Assembly (NCBI GenBank): GCA_027307335.1
Contig: DAHUXD010000019.1
Location: 6,712-70,711 of the forward strand
Length of the DNA stretch: 64,000 nt
Source of the DNA: Acidobacteriota bacterium
GTDB lineage: Bacteria > Acidobacteriota > Thermoanaerobaculia > UBA5066 > Gp7-AA6
Direction of reading: 5' to 3'
Part shown: positions 62,977 through 64,000 of the stretch, piece after piece
Layout: each line of letters opens with the position of its first letter
Numbering within the stretch: the first letter of the stretch is position 1
Position numbers and translations under genes: made by a program
Notes under the pieces: model-generated
Told to the model about the DNA's origin: nothing
The model's database searches: none
Seen by the model: the letters and a program-made list of their open reading frames with translations, nothing else

Positions 62977-64000
62977 TCTGTCGGCGTGAAGCGATTCCTC
63001 GTCGGCACGGCCGGGCACATCGATCACGGAAAGACCGCGCTCATCAAGGCGCTCACCGGAATCGACGCGGACCGCCTGCCCGAGGAGAAGCGCCGGGGCA
63101 TCACCATCGACCTCGGTTTCGCGCACGCGGAGTGGGAGGGCGTGCGCATTTCGTTCGTGGACGTTCCCGGACACGAGCGGTTCGTGCGCCACATGCTCGC
63201 GGGCGCGGGCGGGATCGACGCGGTGCTCCTCGTCGTGGCCGCCGACGAGTCGGTGATGCCTCAGACCCGCGAGCATTTCGACATCGTGCGGCTGCTCGGG
63301 CTTCCCGCGGGCGTCGTCGCCGTGACGAAGGTAGACCGCGCCGGCCGCGAGCTCGCCGAGGTGACGGCGAGCGACGTGCGCGACCTCGTGCGCGGATCCT
63401 TCCTCGAGGAGGCTCCGATCATCCCGGTGTCCGCCGTGACCGGCGAGGGGCTGCGCGAGCTTCGGTCCGCGCTCGTCGCCGTGGCGGCGCGCGCGCACGC
63501 GGAAGAGCGCGAGCCCCGCGCCATTCGCCTGCCGATCGACCGCGCGTTCCTGATCCCCGGGTTCGGTCCGGTCGTCACCGGCAGCCTCGTGTCCGGGACG
63601 GTCACGCGCGACCAGAAGCTGGAGCTGCTGCCGGAGCGCCGGCCCGTCCGCGTGCGCCGCGTCGAGGTCCACGGGCGCGAGGAAGAGACGGCCCGCGCGG
63701 GGGAACGCGTCAGCGCGAACCTGGTCGGCGTCGAGCTGTCGGACCTTCATCGCGGCATGGTCCTCTCCGCCCCGGACGCGCTTCCGGTGTCGTCGCGCCT
63801 CCTCGTTCGGCTGGAGCTCCTTCCCGGGTCGAAGCCCCTCGAGAGCGGCAGCCGGGTCTCGTTTCATCACTTCGCGAGCGAAGCGCGCGCGAGCGTGCGC
63901 CTCCTCGAGGCGCGATCCGTTCCCCCCGGGGGCACCGCGCTCGCGCAGCTCCGGCTGTCCGCTCCCGTCGCGGCGGCGCCGGGCGACCGCTTCGTGGTCC
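62977..64000 (+). CDS. selB: Selenocysteine-specific elongation factor SelB, N-terminal GTPase part (runs off window end)
   Basis: GTG-initiated [47 protein letters not shown]...VDVPGHERF... The [12 protein letters not shown]1 motif and the [17 protein letters not shown] region are diagnostic of SelB rather than EF-Tu. Confidence 0.8.

Noticed and set aside
62929-63870. 313-aa minus-strand ORF
   Set aside because: It is antisense to the SelB GTPase domain.

Overview
This is a roughly 70% GC bacterial chromosomal window. The high GC produces many long spurious ORFs on both strands, so genes were called by recognisable protein motifs, signal peptides, ribosome-binding sites and start/stop coupling rather than ORF length. 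Contents, left to right:

- 1-453 (-): the N-terminal part of a selenocysteine-containing formate-dehydrogenase-family molybdoenzyme, with an in-frame TGA at 208-210 followed by a SECIS-like hairpin.
- 545-3347: a stress-type cluster of dienelactone hydrolase, phosphoribosyltransferase, a DUF5335-like protein and two CBS-pair proteins.
- 4146-6562 (-): an NfnAB/SudAB-like pair (GltD-like plus PyrK-like).
- 6686-9691 (-): a ba3-type (B-family) cytochrome c oxidase operon (subunit IIa, II, I, then a diheme cytochrome c).
- 9768-12932: an adjacent CcoI-type Cu-ATPase and a DsbD_2-like membrane protein.
- 12969-15806 and 44458-46917: two very large secreted surface proteins (one with BNR repeats, one a beta-helix protein) that share an unusual Cys-rich C-terminal triple SLH-like module.
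- 15820-17542: an aldo/keto reductase and an SDR.
- 17561-20999 (-): a sortase locus, with the sortase next to a substrate carrying an MPKTAT-type sorting signal; a second substrate paralog lies 11 kb away at 31534-32298.
- 21229-29763: ferredoxin, a Tat-exported amidase, an FAD oxidase bracketed by copies of a 66-bp palindromic repeat (a third copy is at 57217), an amidohydrolase, an SDR, a DinB-family protein and an AsmA-family protein.
- 29810-31235: arfB and an Fpg/Nei glycosylase.
- 32476-37586 (+): small acidic and lipoprotein genes followed by a 1508-aa Lhr helicase.
- 37594-44151: DUF11 and DUF1328 genes, an AI-2E transporter, a DUF4142 protein, a zinc ribbon, a FecR-domain Trp-rich secreted protein and a Pro/Ala/Ser-rich partner.
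- 46987-51097: a tmRNA gene (ssrA, tag ANNSNFALAA) preceded by three tmRNA-3'-end-like direct repeats. These divide the 47.0-50.7 kb stretch into three small islets carrying a RelE/antitoxin pair, a cupin plus methyltransferase, and a cytochrome c peroxidase.
- 51198-59501: cutA, a transsulfuration-type PLP-enzyme pair, a zf-trcl zinc ribbon, thiG-panC-panB, a deoxynucleoside kinase and ubiX plus a UbiA-like gene.
- 59853-62916: comEA coupled to a pseudopilin, an NTP-transferase, a CYTH protein and a GatB/YqeY protein.
- 62977-64000 (+): the start of selB.

No rRNA, CRISPR array or intact transposase/integrase was seen.
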